A DNA stretch of 64,000 nt from an uncultured bacterium (GTDB lineage Bacteria > Krumholzibacteriota > Krumholzibacteriia > JACNKJ01): positions 6,038 to 70,037 of the forward strand of contig CAYPGS010000009.1 in the NCBI GenBank assembly GCA_964410395.1, in the 5' to 3' direction. Under the pieces are notes generated by a model. It was not told the DNA's origin. It ran no database searches and saw only the letters and a program-made list of their open reading frames with translations. The translations under genes were made by a program, and so were the position numbers. Positions 18,502 through 28,685 of this stretch are shown piece by piece; the first letter of the stretch is position 1, and the number at the start of each line of letters is the position of its first letter.

Positions 18502-19077
18502 ATGCAAAAGACCAGTGCGATCATTGCGATTCTGTTGTTTGCGGTAAGCGCTCATGCAATGCCTGTCATCGGAGTCTTCGCCGATGAGGTGCCTTACATT
18601 TGCTACGCGGATGTGACTCCCTACGTACCTCTTACGCTCTACGTCGTCTCCTATTGGGAACCCGGAGAAATGGGCGCCGGAGTGACGGCCGCGGAGTTCA
18701 AAATCGCGAATTTCCCGACGAATGACGGCTACCCAAGCGGAACAGTGACCGTGAATCACACGACCGACTTGGTCATAGGCGATATCTGGACTGACTACTC
18801 AGCAGCATGGAACATCCCGCAAGATGAGGGAAACAAGTTCACGATCTGCAGTATCGAAGTTCTCCCATTCGATGCAGCCTGGATTCCAGGACAGCTGACC
18901 GTACTCGTCACCGAAGGTGACGATTGCTCGTGCCTGCTTTTGGTGGATGACATCTTCGAAATCGTCCCCGCTCGCGGAGGGCAGTTCACTTTCAACTGCT
19001 CGAATCCGCCCTGTGATTGTTTCCCGCCCACATCCACTCGCGATACCAGCTGGAGCAGCGTGAAGGCGCTGTTCTAG
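18502..19077 (+). CDS. secreted Cys-rich hypothetical protein, paralogue 2 (about 60% identical to paralogue 1 by eye), lower G+C
   Basis: ATG 18502 with GGGAGG SD; signal peptide MQKTSAIIAILLFAVSAHA; same six conserved Cys; ORF-track starts 17685/18424 are upstream extensions. Confidence 0.6.
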   Translation: MQKTSAIIAILLFAVSAHAMPVIGVFADEVPYICYADVTPYVPLTLYVVSYWEPGEMGAGVTAAEFKIANFPTNDGYPSGTVTVNHTTDLVIGDIWTDYSAAWNIPQDEGNKFTICSIEVLPFDAAWIPGQLTVLVTEGDDCSCLLLVDDIFEIVPARGGQFTFNCSNPPCDCFPPTSTRDTSWSSVKALF

Positions 19078-19089
19078 GGGCAGAATGAA

Positions 19090-19131
19090 CCCGTCTGGAC
19101 ATCAAGCATATCGACTTGATTTCCAGACGGG
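19090..19131. terminator. bidirectional terminator hairpin between convergent genes (10-bp stem CCCGTCTGGA / TCCAGACGGG with inner ATCAAG/CTTGAT stem)
   Basis: Inverted repeats read in sequence; T-rich tail on minus-strand side (ttcattctg). Confidence 0.55.
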
Positions 19132-19147
19132 TTCCAATAGTGGATCC

Positions 19148-21328
19148 CTACTTCAGAAGTAGCAGCTTCCGCTGCTGGCTCATTTCACCCGCAGCCAAGC
19201 GCGCGAAGTACAGCCCCGAGGGCAACTCGCGCCCGGTCGCGTCGCGACCGTCCCATGTATACACGTGTACACCCGCCTCGAGGTCTGTACCCGGGTGCAG
19301 TTCCCGCACCTGGCGTCCCATCGAATCGAAGATCGCGAGCCGGACCGGCCCGCGCTCAGGCAGCGCGAAACGAATCTGCGTGCTCGGATTGAAGGGGTTC
19401 GGCCAGTTGCTCAGGCGAAGCGCTGTGGCGGCATCGGCCACATCCGAGGCCGGATCGAAGAAGACCCAGATGGGATTGGTATAGGCCCTATGCCCGGCAT
19501 GGCCGTCCTGGGTGAGCAGTTCGGCGCGGAGCATGCGCCAGCCGTCCAGGCCCAGGCCGCCCACATCGAACTCGGCCGTGCCCTCGTAGGGCTGGCCGCC
19601 TTGGGCGGGGTTGAAGCTGTGCAGCACGGCGGTCCCGTTCGCGTCGCCGATAATGAGCTTCACCGACACGGCGTGTCCGAACTCGGGCAGGGTCTTCCAG
19701 CGGAAACGAAGGGGGCGGTAGCCGCTGGCAGGCGCGGATCCGTCATCGCCGATGACGAGGTCGCCGGCACCGTACCAGGAGCCGTCGGCGTCCACATCGA
19801 GGCCGATCTCCAGGAAGGGACCATCAGTGATCACGCTGCGACCCGCGCGATAGGCTTCGAGCAGCAGCTCCATGGGCGGCAGATTTCCCGGCCCCCACTC
19901 GCCGGGCACGTGCACCACGGTCTGCACCTTCCCCATGGCGTTGTCGGTGGCGTAGTTGTCCAGGCTGATGTACGTGGCGAAGTTGAAGTCGCCGTGGGCA
20001 TCGCTGCCGCCGGCGAGGAAGCACTTCCTCTGAAATCCCGCGGCGAGGTCGGCGGCCAGCAGCTCGTCCCAGAGATCGATGCCCGCCAGCAGCTCGCTCG
20101 GATAGGGATCATCCGCCGGCACGCCCGCGTCGAAGTCGCTCCAGGGATCGTACTGGTCGGCGGAGTACAGGGTCTCGCGGGTGTTGAAGGCCTGCAGGCC
20201 ACGGAAGGCCGAGTAGCCCAGGGCGGCTGAAATGTCTGCATCGCCCCAGCGCGCGCCGTTCACGCCCCAGTCCAGCCCGCCCCACTCGGCCCCGAGATCG
20301 CTCAGGGGATGGGCCGCGTAGGCGAAACCTTCCGGCGACAGCGCCGCCAGGCCCTCGGTGACGCTCAGGTCCACCGGCCGTTCGCCGATGGCGCCGCTAT
20401 TGGGCGAGTGGATGTAGTCGTCATTGTAGAAAAGCCCGTGCAGGGTCTTCTGCCAGGAATCCGAATCCACGGAAGCCAGGTTGATCTCGACCCCGCGATA
20501 CAATCTGAAATCCGGCGAGTCCAGCTCGGCCACGTCGGCTCCGAGCCCGCCCCAGGATGAACCGTGGGCGAAGACGTCGCGATAGTGCGGCGTGATGCCC
20601 GAGGGCGTCTGCATGGTCCACTCCCACCAGTGGGTGGCGTAGCTGAAGGGGCCGTCGCCGGTCTCGTCCAGGTCGCAGCTGTGGTCGGTGGCGGTGAGCC
20701 AGTGCAGGCCCATGGCCTTGGCGGCCTCGGCCACGGCGGGAAGCGGCATGCCGAATTCGGCGATGTTGTTGGTGTACATGGTGTGATAGTGAACGTCGCC
20801 GCCGAACCAGTCCTCCGGCCAGGGAAAGGGTCCGCTGCCCACGTGGATGCGAAGCGCCCGCTCCTCGGTGTAGTTGAACCAGTCGTCCTTGTAGTAGATC
20901 TCCACGAACCAATTGATTTTGTCGCCCTCGCTGTAGCCAAGGTTCGCGGGCGTCAGCAGCGTGCCGTTCGGGAGCCAGCTGTGGTTCTCGGTGACGGTGG
21001 TGATCCAGGTCCAGTAGTTGTCCTCGCTGGCGTCGTCGCCGATCTCCTCGTCGCCGAAGTCGTGGCGCCAGACCTGGGCGCCGGTGTTCGTGTCGGTGCA
21101 GCGGATCCAGTGCAGCTCGCGGATGTCGTCCTCGTCGCAGTCCTTCAGCAGGATGGCGAGCGGGATGACCGTATTGGCGTCGATGACCCGCCAGGGCGCA
21201 TCCATGATGAAGTCCTTGGCCAGGGTGTTGTCGTAGCGGTCGGCGTTCTCCCAGGGCCAGGGGCTGGGTGGCTCAATGTGGGCGAAGGCCACGGAGGTAA
21301 AGAGAAGTAGAGCAAAGGCAAGGCGCAT
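19148..21328 (-). CDS. secreted protein with putative PHP-like metal-dependent phosphoesterase region and T9SS-type C-terminal sorting domain
   Basis: 726 aa; signal peptide MRLAFALLLFTSVAFA; GGDVHYHTMYTNN ... WLTATDHSCDLD resemble PHP-domain metal-binding motifs (tentative); C-terminus SNWPNPFNPSTQIRFALPERGPVRLAIFDSMGRQV...GVHVYTWDGRDATGRELPSGLYFARLAAGEMSQQRKLLLLK matches Por-secretion-tail pattern. Confidence 0.6.
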   Translation of the reverse strand: MRLAFALLLFTSVAFAHIEPPSPWPWENADRYDNTLAKDFIMDAPWRVIDANTVIPLAILLKDCDEDDIRELHWIRCTDTNTGAQVWRHDFGDEEIGDDASEDNYWTWITTVTENHSWLPNGTLLTPANLGYSEGDKINWFVEIYYKDDWFNYTEERALRIHVGSGPFPWPEDWFGGDVHYHTMYTNNIAEFGMPLPAVAEAAKAMGLHWLTATDHSCDLDETGDGPFSYATHWWEWTMQTPSGITPHYRDVFAHGSSWGGLGADVAELDSPDFRLYRGVEINLASVDSDSWQKTLHGLFYNDDYIHSPNSGAIGERPVDLSVTEGLAALSPEGFAYAAHPLSDLGAEWGGLDWGVNGARWGDADISAALGYSAFRGLQAFNTRETLYSADQYDPWSDFDAGVPADDPYPSELLAGIDLWDELLAADLAAGFQRKCFLAGGSDAHGDFNFATYISLDNYATDNAMGKVQTVVHVPGEWGPGNLPPMELLLEAYRAGRSVITDGPFLEIGLDVDADGSWYGAGDLVIGDDGSAPASGYRPLRFRWKTLPEFGHAVSVKLIIGDANGTAVLHSFNPAQGGQPYEGTAEFDVGGLGLDGWRMLRAELLTQDGHAGHRAYTNPIWVFFDPASDVADAATALRLSNWPNPFNPSTQIRFALPERGPVRLAIFDSMGRQVRELHPGTDLEAGVHVYTWDGRDATGRELPSGLYFARLAAGEMSQQRKLLLLK

Positions 21329-21400
21329 GGAAGCTCCCGGAAAAGGCTTGCGGAAAGAGAATTCCTGCAGATTTTATCATGTTAGCCCGCCAGGAGACAA

Positions 21401-22588
21401 ATGCCCGCCTTACCCGAAGACAGCATGGCCGACCGCCCCTTCCGCAAGGGACGCGTATTCTCCGTGTCCTTCGGGCACTTCATCCACGACACCTTCTCGG
21501 TCTTCCTGGCGCCCCTGCTGCCCCTGATCATCGACAAACTCGGCATCTCGCTGACCCTCAGCGCCTCGCTCACCGTCTACCAGCGGGCGCCGGCGGCGGC
21601 CAGCCCCTGGATCGGCCTGGTGGCCGACCGGCGGGACCTGCGCTGGGCCATCATCCTGGCGCCGGGCCTGACCACCGTGGCCATGTGCCTCTTGGGCATC
21701 GTGCCGGGCTACTGGACGCTCGCCGCCCTGCTATTCGTGGCGGGGCTCTCCAGCGCCGTCTTCCACGTGCCCTCGGCCGTGGTGGTGGCCGCCGAATCGG
21801 GCACGGCCAAGGGGCGGGGCGTGAGCATATACCAGCTCGGCGGCGAGCTGGCCCGCACCGTGGGCCCCCTGCTGGCCGTGGCGGCGGTGAGCTGGTGGGG
21901 ACTGCCGGGCATCTGGCGCCTGGCGCCGGTGGGACTGGCCACGAGCTTGCTGCTCGGGTGGCAGATCCGGAAGATTCCGGCTCGGGTGGAGGCCAAGGGG
22001 CCGCGCCCCAAGTTCGCCGAGAGCTGGCGGGCCATGCGGCCCACCCTCCTGCCCGTGCTCAGCGTGGTCGTGGTCCGCAGCTTTCTGGTGGGCTCGCTGG
22101 CCACCTTCCTGCCGGTGTTCATGACCGGCGAGGGCTTCAGCGTGACGGCGGCCGGCGGGGCCTATGCCCTCTATCAGGGCGCGGGAGCGGCCGGGGCGCT
22201 GATCCTGGGCAGCCTGAGCGACCGCTGGGGCCGGCGCCGGACCATCCTGCTGGCCACGATCGTGTCGCCTATCCTGTTGCTGCTCTTCATCTTCGGGGAC
22301 GGGCCCTTCCGCCTGCCCCTGCTCTTCGCCCTGGGCTTCTTCGCCCTGTCCACCACCTCGGTGATGATCGCCCTCATCCAGGAGAACGCCCACGGGCACC
22401 CGGCCACGGCCCATGGCATGTTCACGGCCACGGGATTCGCCCTGCGCTCGGTGGTGGTGCTCATCGTGGGCGCCCTGGCCGACTGGCTGGGCCTGCAGAA
22501 CGCCCTGCTCATCAGCGCGGGCATGGGATTTCTGGCCCTTCCACTGGCCTTCGCCCTGCCCAGGGACGGCTCCAGCAAAGCGGAGTAG
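21401..22588 (+). CDS. MFS transporter
   Basis: 395 aa, ~12 predicted hydrophobic helices, MFS-like loop motifs (GLVADRRDLR...). Confidence 0.7.
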   Translation: MPALPEDSMADRPFRKGRVFSVSFGHFIHDTFSVFLAPLLPLIIDKLGISLTLSASLTVYQRAPAAASPWIGLVADRRDLRWAIILAPGLTTVAMCLLGIVPGYWTLAALLFVAGLSSAVFHVPSAVVVAAESGTAKGRGVSIYQLGGELARTVGPLLAVAAVSWWGLPGIWRLAPVGLATSLLLGWQIRKIPARVEAKGPRPKFAESWRAMRPTLLPVLSVVVVRSFLVGSLATFLPVFMTGEGFSVTAAGGAYALYQGAGAAGALILGSLSDRWGRRRTILLATIVSPILLLLFIFGDGPFRLPLLFALGFFALSTTSVMIALIQENAHGHPATAHGMFTATGFALRSVVVLIVGALADWLGLQNALLISAGMGFLALPLAFALPRDGSSKAE

Positions 22589-22738
22589 GCGCTCCGGATT
22601 CCCTATTTGCCGTATTTTCATCATCTTCCCCCCTTGCCGAAGTCCGCAATTACCATACTTTGTGGCGCTTGAAGGCCTTCTTGCCTTCCCGCCGGGCCAT
22701 CCGGCCCGCCCACACTCCCAGACATTCAGGAGAGCGGC

Positions 22739-24829
22739 ATGAGTACCGACCTGAGCAAGGTCCGCAACATCGGCATCAGTGCGCATATCGACTCGGGGAA
22801 GACCACCCTGACCGAGCGGGTCCTTTTCTATACCGACCGCATCCACGCCATCCACGAGGTGCGCGGCAAGGACGGCGTCGGCGCCACCATGGACAGCATG
22901 GAGCTGGAGCGCGAGCGGGGCATCACCATCGCCTCGGCCGCCACCCACGTGGAGTGGGACGGCCACCACGTCAACATCATCGACACCCCCGGCCACGTGG
23001 ACTTCACCATCGAGGTGGAGCGCAGCCTGCGCGTGCTGGACGGCGCGGTGCTCATCCTCTGCGCCGTGGCCGGCGTGCAGAGCCAGTCCATCACCGTGGA
23101 CCGCCAGATGAAGCGTTACAAGGTCCCCCGCATCGCCTTCGTGAACAAATGCGATCGCTCGGGCGCCAACCCCTTCCGCGTGACCGACGGGCTCATCGAG
23201 AAGCTCGGTCACAACGCCGTGATGATGCAGATCCCCATCGGGCTCGAGGCTGATCACGAGGGCGTGGTCGACCTGATCAAGATGAAGGCCATCTACTTCG
23301 ACGGCGAGAGCGGCGAGACCATGCGCGAGGAGGACATCCCCGCGAACCTGCTGCCCGAGGCGGAACACCGCCGCGAGATGATGCTCGACGCCGTGTCCAT
23401 GTTCAGCGACGAGCTCATGGAGGCCATGCTCGAGGAGGCGGTCACCGAGGAGATGATCCACGAGGCCGTGCGCACGGGCACCCTGAGCCGCGAGCTGACC
23501 CCCGTCTTCATGGGATCGGCCTACAAGAACAAGGGCGTGCAGCCCCTGCTGAACGCCGTGCTCCGCTACCTGCCCGAGCCCCGCGAGATCGAGAACGAGG
23601 CCATCAGGCTCAACGGCGGCGACGAGGACGAGACCTTCGTGGTGAGCAACGATCCCGAGGATCCGGCCATCGCCCTGGCCTTCAAGCTGGAGGACGGGCA
23701 GTACGGGCAGCTCACCTACATCCGCATCTATCAGGGTTCGCTCAGCAAGGGCGACACGGTGAAGAACAACCGCACCGGCCAGAAGGTGAAGGTCGGCAGG
23801 CTCGTGCGCATGCACTCCAACAAAATGGAGGACATCGAGCGCGCCGAGGCCGGCGACATCGTCGCTCTCTTCGGCGTGGACTGCGCCTCGGGCGACACCT
23901 TCACCGCGCCGGACATCTCGGCCTCCATGGCCAGCATGCACGTACCCGATCCGGTGATCAGCCTTTCGGTGAAGCCCGTGGACAAGAAGGCCCAGGACAA
24001 CATGTCCAAGGCCCTCGGCCGCTTCACCCGCGAGGATCCCACCTTCCGCGTGGGCGCCGACGAGGAGACCGGTGACACGGTCATCCAGGGCATGGGCGAG
24101 CTTCACCTCGACGTCTACATCGAGCGCATGAAGCGCGAGTACAACGCCGAGGTCGAGGTCAGCCCGCCCCAGGTGAGCTACCGCGAGGCGCTCGGCAAGT
24201 CGGTGGCCTTCGACTACACCCACAAGAAGCAGACCGGCGGATCGGGACAGTACGCGAAGGTGCAGGGCGTTCTCGAGCCCCTCGCCGAGGGCGAGTTCGA
24301 GTTCGTGAACGAGGTGAAGGGCGGCAACATCCCCACCGAGTACATCGGCGCCGTTGAGAAGGGCTTCAAGGGTGCGCTGGACAAGGGCCCGGTGATCGGC
24401 GCCCACGTGGTCGGCGTGAAGGTCATCCTGCAGGACGGGAACAGCCACGCCGTGGACAGCTCCGACACCGCCTTCATGACCTGCGCCCGCGACGCCTTCC
24501 GCCAGTTCTATCCCAAGGGTGGACCCAAGGTACTCGAGCCGCTTATGCTCGTGTCGGTGGAGACCCCGCGGGAATTCCAGGGCGAGGCCATGGGCACGCT
24601 GATGCAGCGCCGGGCCATCGTGCTGGGTACCACGGAGGACGCGGGCTTCGTGCGCATCGACGCCGAGGTGCCGCTGTCGGAGATGTTCGGATACGCCACC
24701 GTGCTGCGTTCGGTGACCCAGGGCAAGGCGGGCTTCACCATGGAGTTCAAGCGTTACGCGCCGGCTCCTGCGGACGTGGCCGACGAGCTGAAGAAGCAGT
24801 ACCAGGAAAAACTCAAGGAAGGCAAATAG
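22739..24829 (+). CDS. elongation factor G paralogue (EF-G2-like translational GTPase)
   Basis: 696 aa; G1 [10 protein letters not shown]3 DTPGHVDF, G4 NKCD; distinct from the str-operon fusA at 48661-50733. Confidence 0.85.
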   Translation: MSTDLSKVRNIGISAHIDSGKTTLTERVLFYTDRIHAIHEVRGKDGVGATMDSMELERERGITIASAATHVEWDGHHVNIIDTPGHVDFTIEVERSLRVLDGAVLILCAVAGVQSQSITVDRQMKRYKVPRIAFVNKCDRSGANPFRVTDGLIEKLGHNAVMMQIPIGLEADHEGVVDLIKMKAIYFDGESGETMREEDIPANLLPEAEHRREMMLDAVSMFSDELMEAMLEEAVTEEMIHEAVRTGTLSRELTPVFMGSAYKNKGVQPLLNAVLRYLPEPREIENEAIRLNGGDEDETFVVSNDPEDPAIALAFKLEDGQYGQLTYIRIYQGSLSKGDTVKNNRTGQKVKVGRLVRMHSNKMEDIERAEAGDIVALFGVDCASGDTFTAPDISASMASMHVPDPVISLSVKPVDKKAQDNMSKALGRFTREDPTFRVGADEETGDTVIQGMGELHLDVYIERMKREYNAEVEVSPPQVSYREALGKSVAFDYTHKKQTGGSGQYAKVQGVLEPLAEGEFEFVNEVKGGNIPTEYIGAVEKGFKGALDKGPVIGAHVVGVKVILQDGNSHAVDSSDTAFMTCARDAFRQFYPKGGPKVLEPLMLVSVETPREFQGEAMGTLMQRRAIVLGTTEDAGFVRIDAEVPLSEMFGYATVLRSVTQGKAGFTMEFKRYAPAPADVADELKKQYQEKLKEGK

Positions 24830-24845
24830 CCGGGGGTAAGGGCTC

Positions 24846-25556
24846 ATGGTTTTCAGCAAGGAACTGAACAAGCGCAGTCCCCTGCGCATCTTCGAGCGCT
24901 CCATCCATGGAGGCCTCGGCAAGGGCAACATAGGCCTGGTGACCAGCCGCAAGGGCGTGGGCAAGACGGCCATGCTCATCGGCGTGTCCCTGGACGACCT
25001 GCTCCAGGACCGCAAGGTCCTGCACGTGAGCGTGGGCGGTTCGGTGGACAATCTCGCCCGCTTCTACGACGAGATCTTCCAGGAACTGGTTACCTCCAGC
25101 AAGGTCGAGGACGTGCCCGAGTGCCGCCTCACCATGGAGCGCAACCGCCACCTTCTCGCCTACCGCGACGGCGAGTTCAGCGTGGATCGCATCCGCGAGA
25201 GCATGAACTTCCTCTCCGAGCACGCGGCCTTCGATCCCTACGCGCTCATCCTGGACGGCTGGCCCGACTTCGAGACCGTCACCGGCGAGGAGCTGGCTGC
25301 GCTCAAGCAGCTGGCCGAGGACATGCAGGTGGAGATCTGGATCACGGCCCTGCGCCATCGCGAGGGTCAGGAGCGCGACGAGCGCGACGTGCCCATGGAA
25401 GTGGCGCGCCACGACGAGCACCTGGCGGTGATCGTGCGCCTGGAGCCCAAGGCCGATCACGTGAAGCTGCGCATCGTCAAGGACCACGAGAATAAGGACA
25501 TGGCCGACCTGCATCTGGAGCTCGATCCCAAGACTCTTCTGCTCAAGTGGGGATGA
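24846..25556 (+). CDS. small RecA-superfamily (KaiC/DnaB-like) P-loop ATPase, co-operonic with EF-G2
   Basis: 236 aa; Walker A-like TSRKGVGKTAML, Walker B-like YALILDGW; 16-nt gap after EF-G2; shared terminator downstream. Confidence 0.45.
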   Translation: MVFSKELNKRSPLRIFERSIHGGLGKGNIGLVTSRKGVGKTAMLIGVSLDDLLQDRKVLHVSVGGSVDNLARFYDEIFQELVTSSKVEDVPECRLTMERNRHLLAYRDGEFSVDRIRESMNFLSEHAAFDPYALILDGWPDFETVTGEELAALKQLAEDMQVEIWITALRHREGQERDERDVPMEVARHDEHLAVIVRLEPKADHVKLRIVKDHENKDMADLHLELDPKTLLLKWG

Positions 25557-25584
25557 TTCCGGCCAGAACCCCCGCTTGAAAAAA

Positions 25585-25613
25585 CCCGGGTCCTGAGGGC
25601 CCGGGTTTTTTTT
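25585..25613 (+). terminator. rho-independent terminator (CCCGGG...CCCGGG + T8)
   Basis: aaaaaaCCCGGGtcctgagggCCCGGGtttttttt; marks left edge of lower-GC island. Confidence 0.8.
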
Positions 25614-25645
25614 GCTTGGATCGTCGCACCCTTTCCCGTGTAGGA

Positions 25646-25663
25646 TAAGAGATGTATCTCTTA
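25646..25663. promoter_or_regulatory. inverted repeat TAAGAGAT-GT-ATCTCTTA upstream of VWA gene (candidate regulator binding site)
   Basis: 8-bp arms exact reverse complements, 2-bp spacer; AT-rich region 25620-25758. Confidence 0.35.
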
Positions 25664-25758
25664 CAATCTTCTTACATGGATCTGACCATCATTTTCTTAG
25701 TAAGACGTAGACTCATGACGATGAATCCTGTGGATTTTCTAGAAGGAGGGCCAACGTC

Positions 25759-27084
25759 ATGAGTGGAAGAATCAAACGAATGAACCTATCCATCCTCGTT
25801 TTCGCATTACTGTTCTGGCAGAGTCCGGAAACGGCAAAGGCCAGGATGATCGACTTGAGTGTGGCGGTCGACAAGCCCATCGTTCTTCGGAATGAGAGTC
25901 AGGTCGCATACTTAAGGGTCGGGCTGACCGGATTCCCGATGCACGACCTACAGAATCGCAGCCCCTTGAATGTGGCAATCGTGCTCGACAAGTCGGGTTC
26001 GATGCAGGGAGAGAAGATCGAACGGGCAAAAGAAGCTGCGATCATGGCGATCCATCGTCTTGACTCAAGGGACATCGTGTCGATCATCGCCTACGACGAA
26101 ACCGTCGAAGTCGTTGTTCCGGCCACGAAAGCTTCAGACATCGAAGCCATCAGCGCTGCGATTCGCGCAATCCAGGCGCGCGGCAACACAGCCCTTTTTG
26201 CCGGAGTCAGTAAGGGCGCGGCTGAAGTGCGGAAGTTCCTCAGCAAGAATCATGTGAACCGTATTGTGCTCCTTTCAGATGGAGTAGCGAATGTGGGTTT
26301 GAGCTCGCCTTCTGACCTCGGCGCTCTGGGGTCAATTCTTGCGGACGAGGGCATGTCTGTTACGACCATCGGCCTCGGACTGGGATACAACGAAGACCTG
26401 CTAAGCGAACTCGCGACAAGAAGTGACGGGTATCACTATTTCGCTGAGGGATTGGAGGATCTCTCCCAGATGTTCGACCAGGAGTTCGGCAAGGCACTGT
26501 CCTTAGTCGCACAGGGAATTGAAATCCGCATTCGATGCGCCCCCGGTGTCATCCCGCGCCGCATCCTAGGCAAGTCAGCCACGATCGATGGCTCTGATGT
26601 GAGGATTTCCCTCAACAACCTATTCAGCGAGAGCGAGCGGCGGATCGTTTTGGAGGTAGAGTTGTCTCCCGAAATGCTTCGGGATCCGGATGTCGAGATT
26701 GCCGCCATTGACGTAGACTATGACAACCTTCTTACTCGCTCGCGAGATCATCTAGATCGTAAGCTGAGCATCGAAACAACTCTATCGAGAGCTGATGTCG
26801 ATGCGAACATCAATTCGCGTGTAATGGTCGACGTAGTCAAGATCCTTGCGGTGGAGCAGAACATGCAGGCTTCGCTACTTAGAGACCAGGGACGCATTGC
26901 CGAAGCGCTTGAGCTTCTTCTTAGGAACGCAGACTTCCTCGCCGAGAACGCCCTTCGTTTCAATTCCCAGGATCTCCAGGCATACTCACTGCAGCAGGAG
27001 ATCGACGCCCAGAACTTGGACGACACAAACTGGGATCGCCAACGCAAGGAAATGGAGTTCAACGCTGTGAAAGCCCTTTACTAG
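25759..27084 (+). CDS. secreted von Willebrand factor type A (VWA) domain protein
   Basis: 441 aa; SD AGGAGGG; signal peptide ...LVFALLFWQSPETAKA; MIDAS DxSxS in VAIVLDKSGSM; lower G+C than flanks. Confidence 0.75.
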   Translation: MSGRIKRMNLSILVFALLFWQSPETAKARMIDLSVAVDKPIVLRNESQVAYLRVGLTGFPMHDLQNRSPLNVAIVLDKSGSMQGEKIERAKEAAIMAIHRLDSRDIVSIIAYDETVEVVVPATKASDIEAISAAIRAIQARGNTALFAGVSKGAAEVRKFLSKNHVNRIVLLSDGVANVGLSSPSDLGALGSILADEGMSVTTIGLGLGYNEDLLSELATRSDGYHYFAEGLEDLSQMFDQEFGKALSLVAQGIEIRIRCAPGVIPRRILGKSATIDGSDVRISLNNLFSESERRIVLEVELSPEMLRDPDVEIAAIDVDYDNLLTRSRDHLDRKLSIETTLSRADVDANINSRVMVDVVKILAVEQNMQASLLRDQGRIAEALELLLRNADFLAENALRFNSQDLQAYSLQQEIDAQNLDDTNWDRQRKEMEFNAVKALY

Positions 27085-27116
27085 GCTGAACGACACGATT
27101 CTCGATCGGAATCTGA

Positions 27117-28685
27117 ATGAAACCGAAGCTCTCTATTCTGCTTGCTCTACTGATTCTCCTTCCCGCGATTCTCGTCACGATCCTGGGAATCAGGCTCGCC
27201 TATCATGAGCAAGAGCAGACGAGGTTGCGATTCGAGCATCTACACCTCGAACACCTGGGCGATGTTGACAATGGCATCGTCCAGGTTACTTCTCGATGGG
27301 AAACTGAGCTTCTCCAGGCATTATCTGTTTCCGATGTCAACGCTATGACCCTGAAGAACCTGTCCCGCAATCATGCTCGTATCAGACAGGCATTTCTGCT
27401 TGATCCTCAGGGCAAGCTCATCTACCCCCTTCCCAGCGAACATGCAAGTTCCTCGGAGCTGGACTTTCTAGATGGGGCAAGCGAACTGATCCTTAGGAAA
27501 GAGTTGGTTGCCCTTCCTGGAACAGAAGCATCCGCCGTCCCTCAGGGGTGGTACTCCTGGTATTGGGGCAGGGATATCCGGACACTTTTTTGGCTACATA
27601 CAAGTGAAGGACAAATCCTCGGAGCCGAGATCGAGACTGTATTGCTTGTCTCTGACATCATCAATGCATTGCCCGTCACGCAAACAAGTTCGGAGTCAGA
27701 TTTATCGACCGGGCTCTTAGATCGTACCCGCCTGCTGAACTCTAGAGGTGAGATCATTTATCAATGGGGGCGACTGGAGGTACCCGAGGATACTTCGCCG
27801 GCCTCACGAATCCAGCTCTCCCGACCACTTTCGGCTTGGAGCCTGGAGCTCTATCGTAGCGACGGTGCCGGATCGATCGCTGGCCGAGGCGTCCTGATGA
27901 CCATCATTGCGAGTTCCTTGGCCCTTGCGCTGGTCTTTGTCGGCTTCGGCATCTTCCTTTACCGGGAAAACTCCCGCGAGCTACGTGAGTCCGCCCGGCG
28001 AGTCAGCTTCGTCAATCAGGTCTCCCATGAGCTGAAGACCCCACTCACGAATATCCGCCTCTACGCCGAACTCCTAGACCGCCGGATCGACGAGGACGAT
28101 TCCCAGGCCCGTGGATATGCTGGTATTATCGTTTCGGAAAGTCGCAGGCTTAGCCGACTCATTGGCAATGTCCTCAGTCTTGGCCGACAGCGGGAAAAGA
28201 GGCTTACTCTCCATCGAAGGGCGGGGTGCATTGACAGTGTGATCGAAGGGGTACTCGAACAATTCCGACCTGCCCTGAGGACCTCAGGAATCGCGGTTCT
28301 TACTGATCTTCAGGCTATCGGAAATGTCTCCCTGGATGCCGATTTACTCGAGCAGGTCCTGGGAAATCTGATCAGCAATGTAGAAAAGTACGCCGCTTCA
28401 GGTGAGCAGCTGGCGATTGCAAGTCGTCAGCGTGATGGAGTCACGACCCTTACGGTTGAGGATCGCGGCCCAGGCATTCCAGACAGTGAGAAAGCTCGAG
28501 TGTTCGAGCCCTTCTACCGAATCAACACGAGCCTTGTCGAGGGAGTGTCCGGGACTGGTATCGGACTTTCCATCGCTCGTGATTTGGCCCGTCTGCACGG
28601 AGGAGATCTGAAGCTGATGCCAAGCGAGATGGGGGCGAAGTTCGAGCTGACTCTGTTCACTCCTGATATGAATCTGGGAGAATGA
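27117..28685 (+). CDS. sensor histidine kinase (two TM segments flanking a periplasmic domain; HisKA + HATPase_c)
   Basis: 522 aa; H-box SHELKTPLTNIRLYAELL; G-boxes GTGIGLSIARDLARLHGGDL. Confidence 0.85.
   Translation: MKPKLSILLALLILLPAILVTILGIRLAYHEQEQTRLRFEHLHLEHLGDVDNGIVQVTSRWETELLQALSVSDVNAMTLKNLSRNHARIRQAFLLDPQGKLIYPLPSEHASSSELDFLDGASELILRKELVALPGTEASAVPQGWYSWYWGRDIRTLFWLHTSEGQILGAEIETVLLVSDIINALPVTQTSSESDLSTGLLDRTRLLNSRGEIIYQWGRLEVPEDTSPASRIQLSRPLSAWSLELYRSDGAGSIAGRGVLMTIIASSLALALVFVGFGIFLYRENSRELRESARRVSFVNQVSHELKTPLTNIRLYAELLDRRIDEDDSQARGYAGIIVSESRRLSRLIGNVLSLGRQREKRLTLHRRAGCIDSVIEGVLEQFRPALRTSGIAVLTDLQAIGNVSLDADLLEQVLGNLISNVEKYAASGEQLAIASRQRDGVTTLTVEDRGPGIPDSEKARVFEPFYRINTSLVEGVSGTGIGLSIARDLARLHGGDLKLMPSEMGAKFELTLFTPDMNLGE

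Noticed and set aside
19258-19271. Third GTACACGTGTAC-like palindrome as a regulatory site
   Set aside because: It lies inside the coding sequence of the PHP-like gene (encodes GVHVYTW) and is one base shorter. It is mentioned in findings but not called as a regulatory feature.
22589-22738. Possible promoter upstream of EF-G2 (TTGCCG direct repeats)
   Set aside because: No convincing -35/-10 pair with proper spacing. Only the SD (CAGGAGAG) is clear.
21731-25051. 1106-aa minus-strand ORF, and the 624-aa plus-strand ORF 21379-23253, overlapping the MFS and EF-G2 genes
   Set aside because: Antisense or out-of-frame shadows of well-supported genes. Their translations are Arg/Gly/Pro/Ala-rich and low-complexity.
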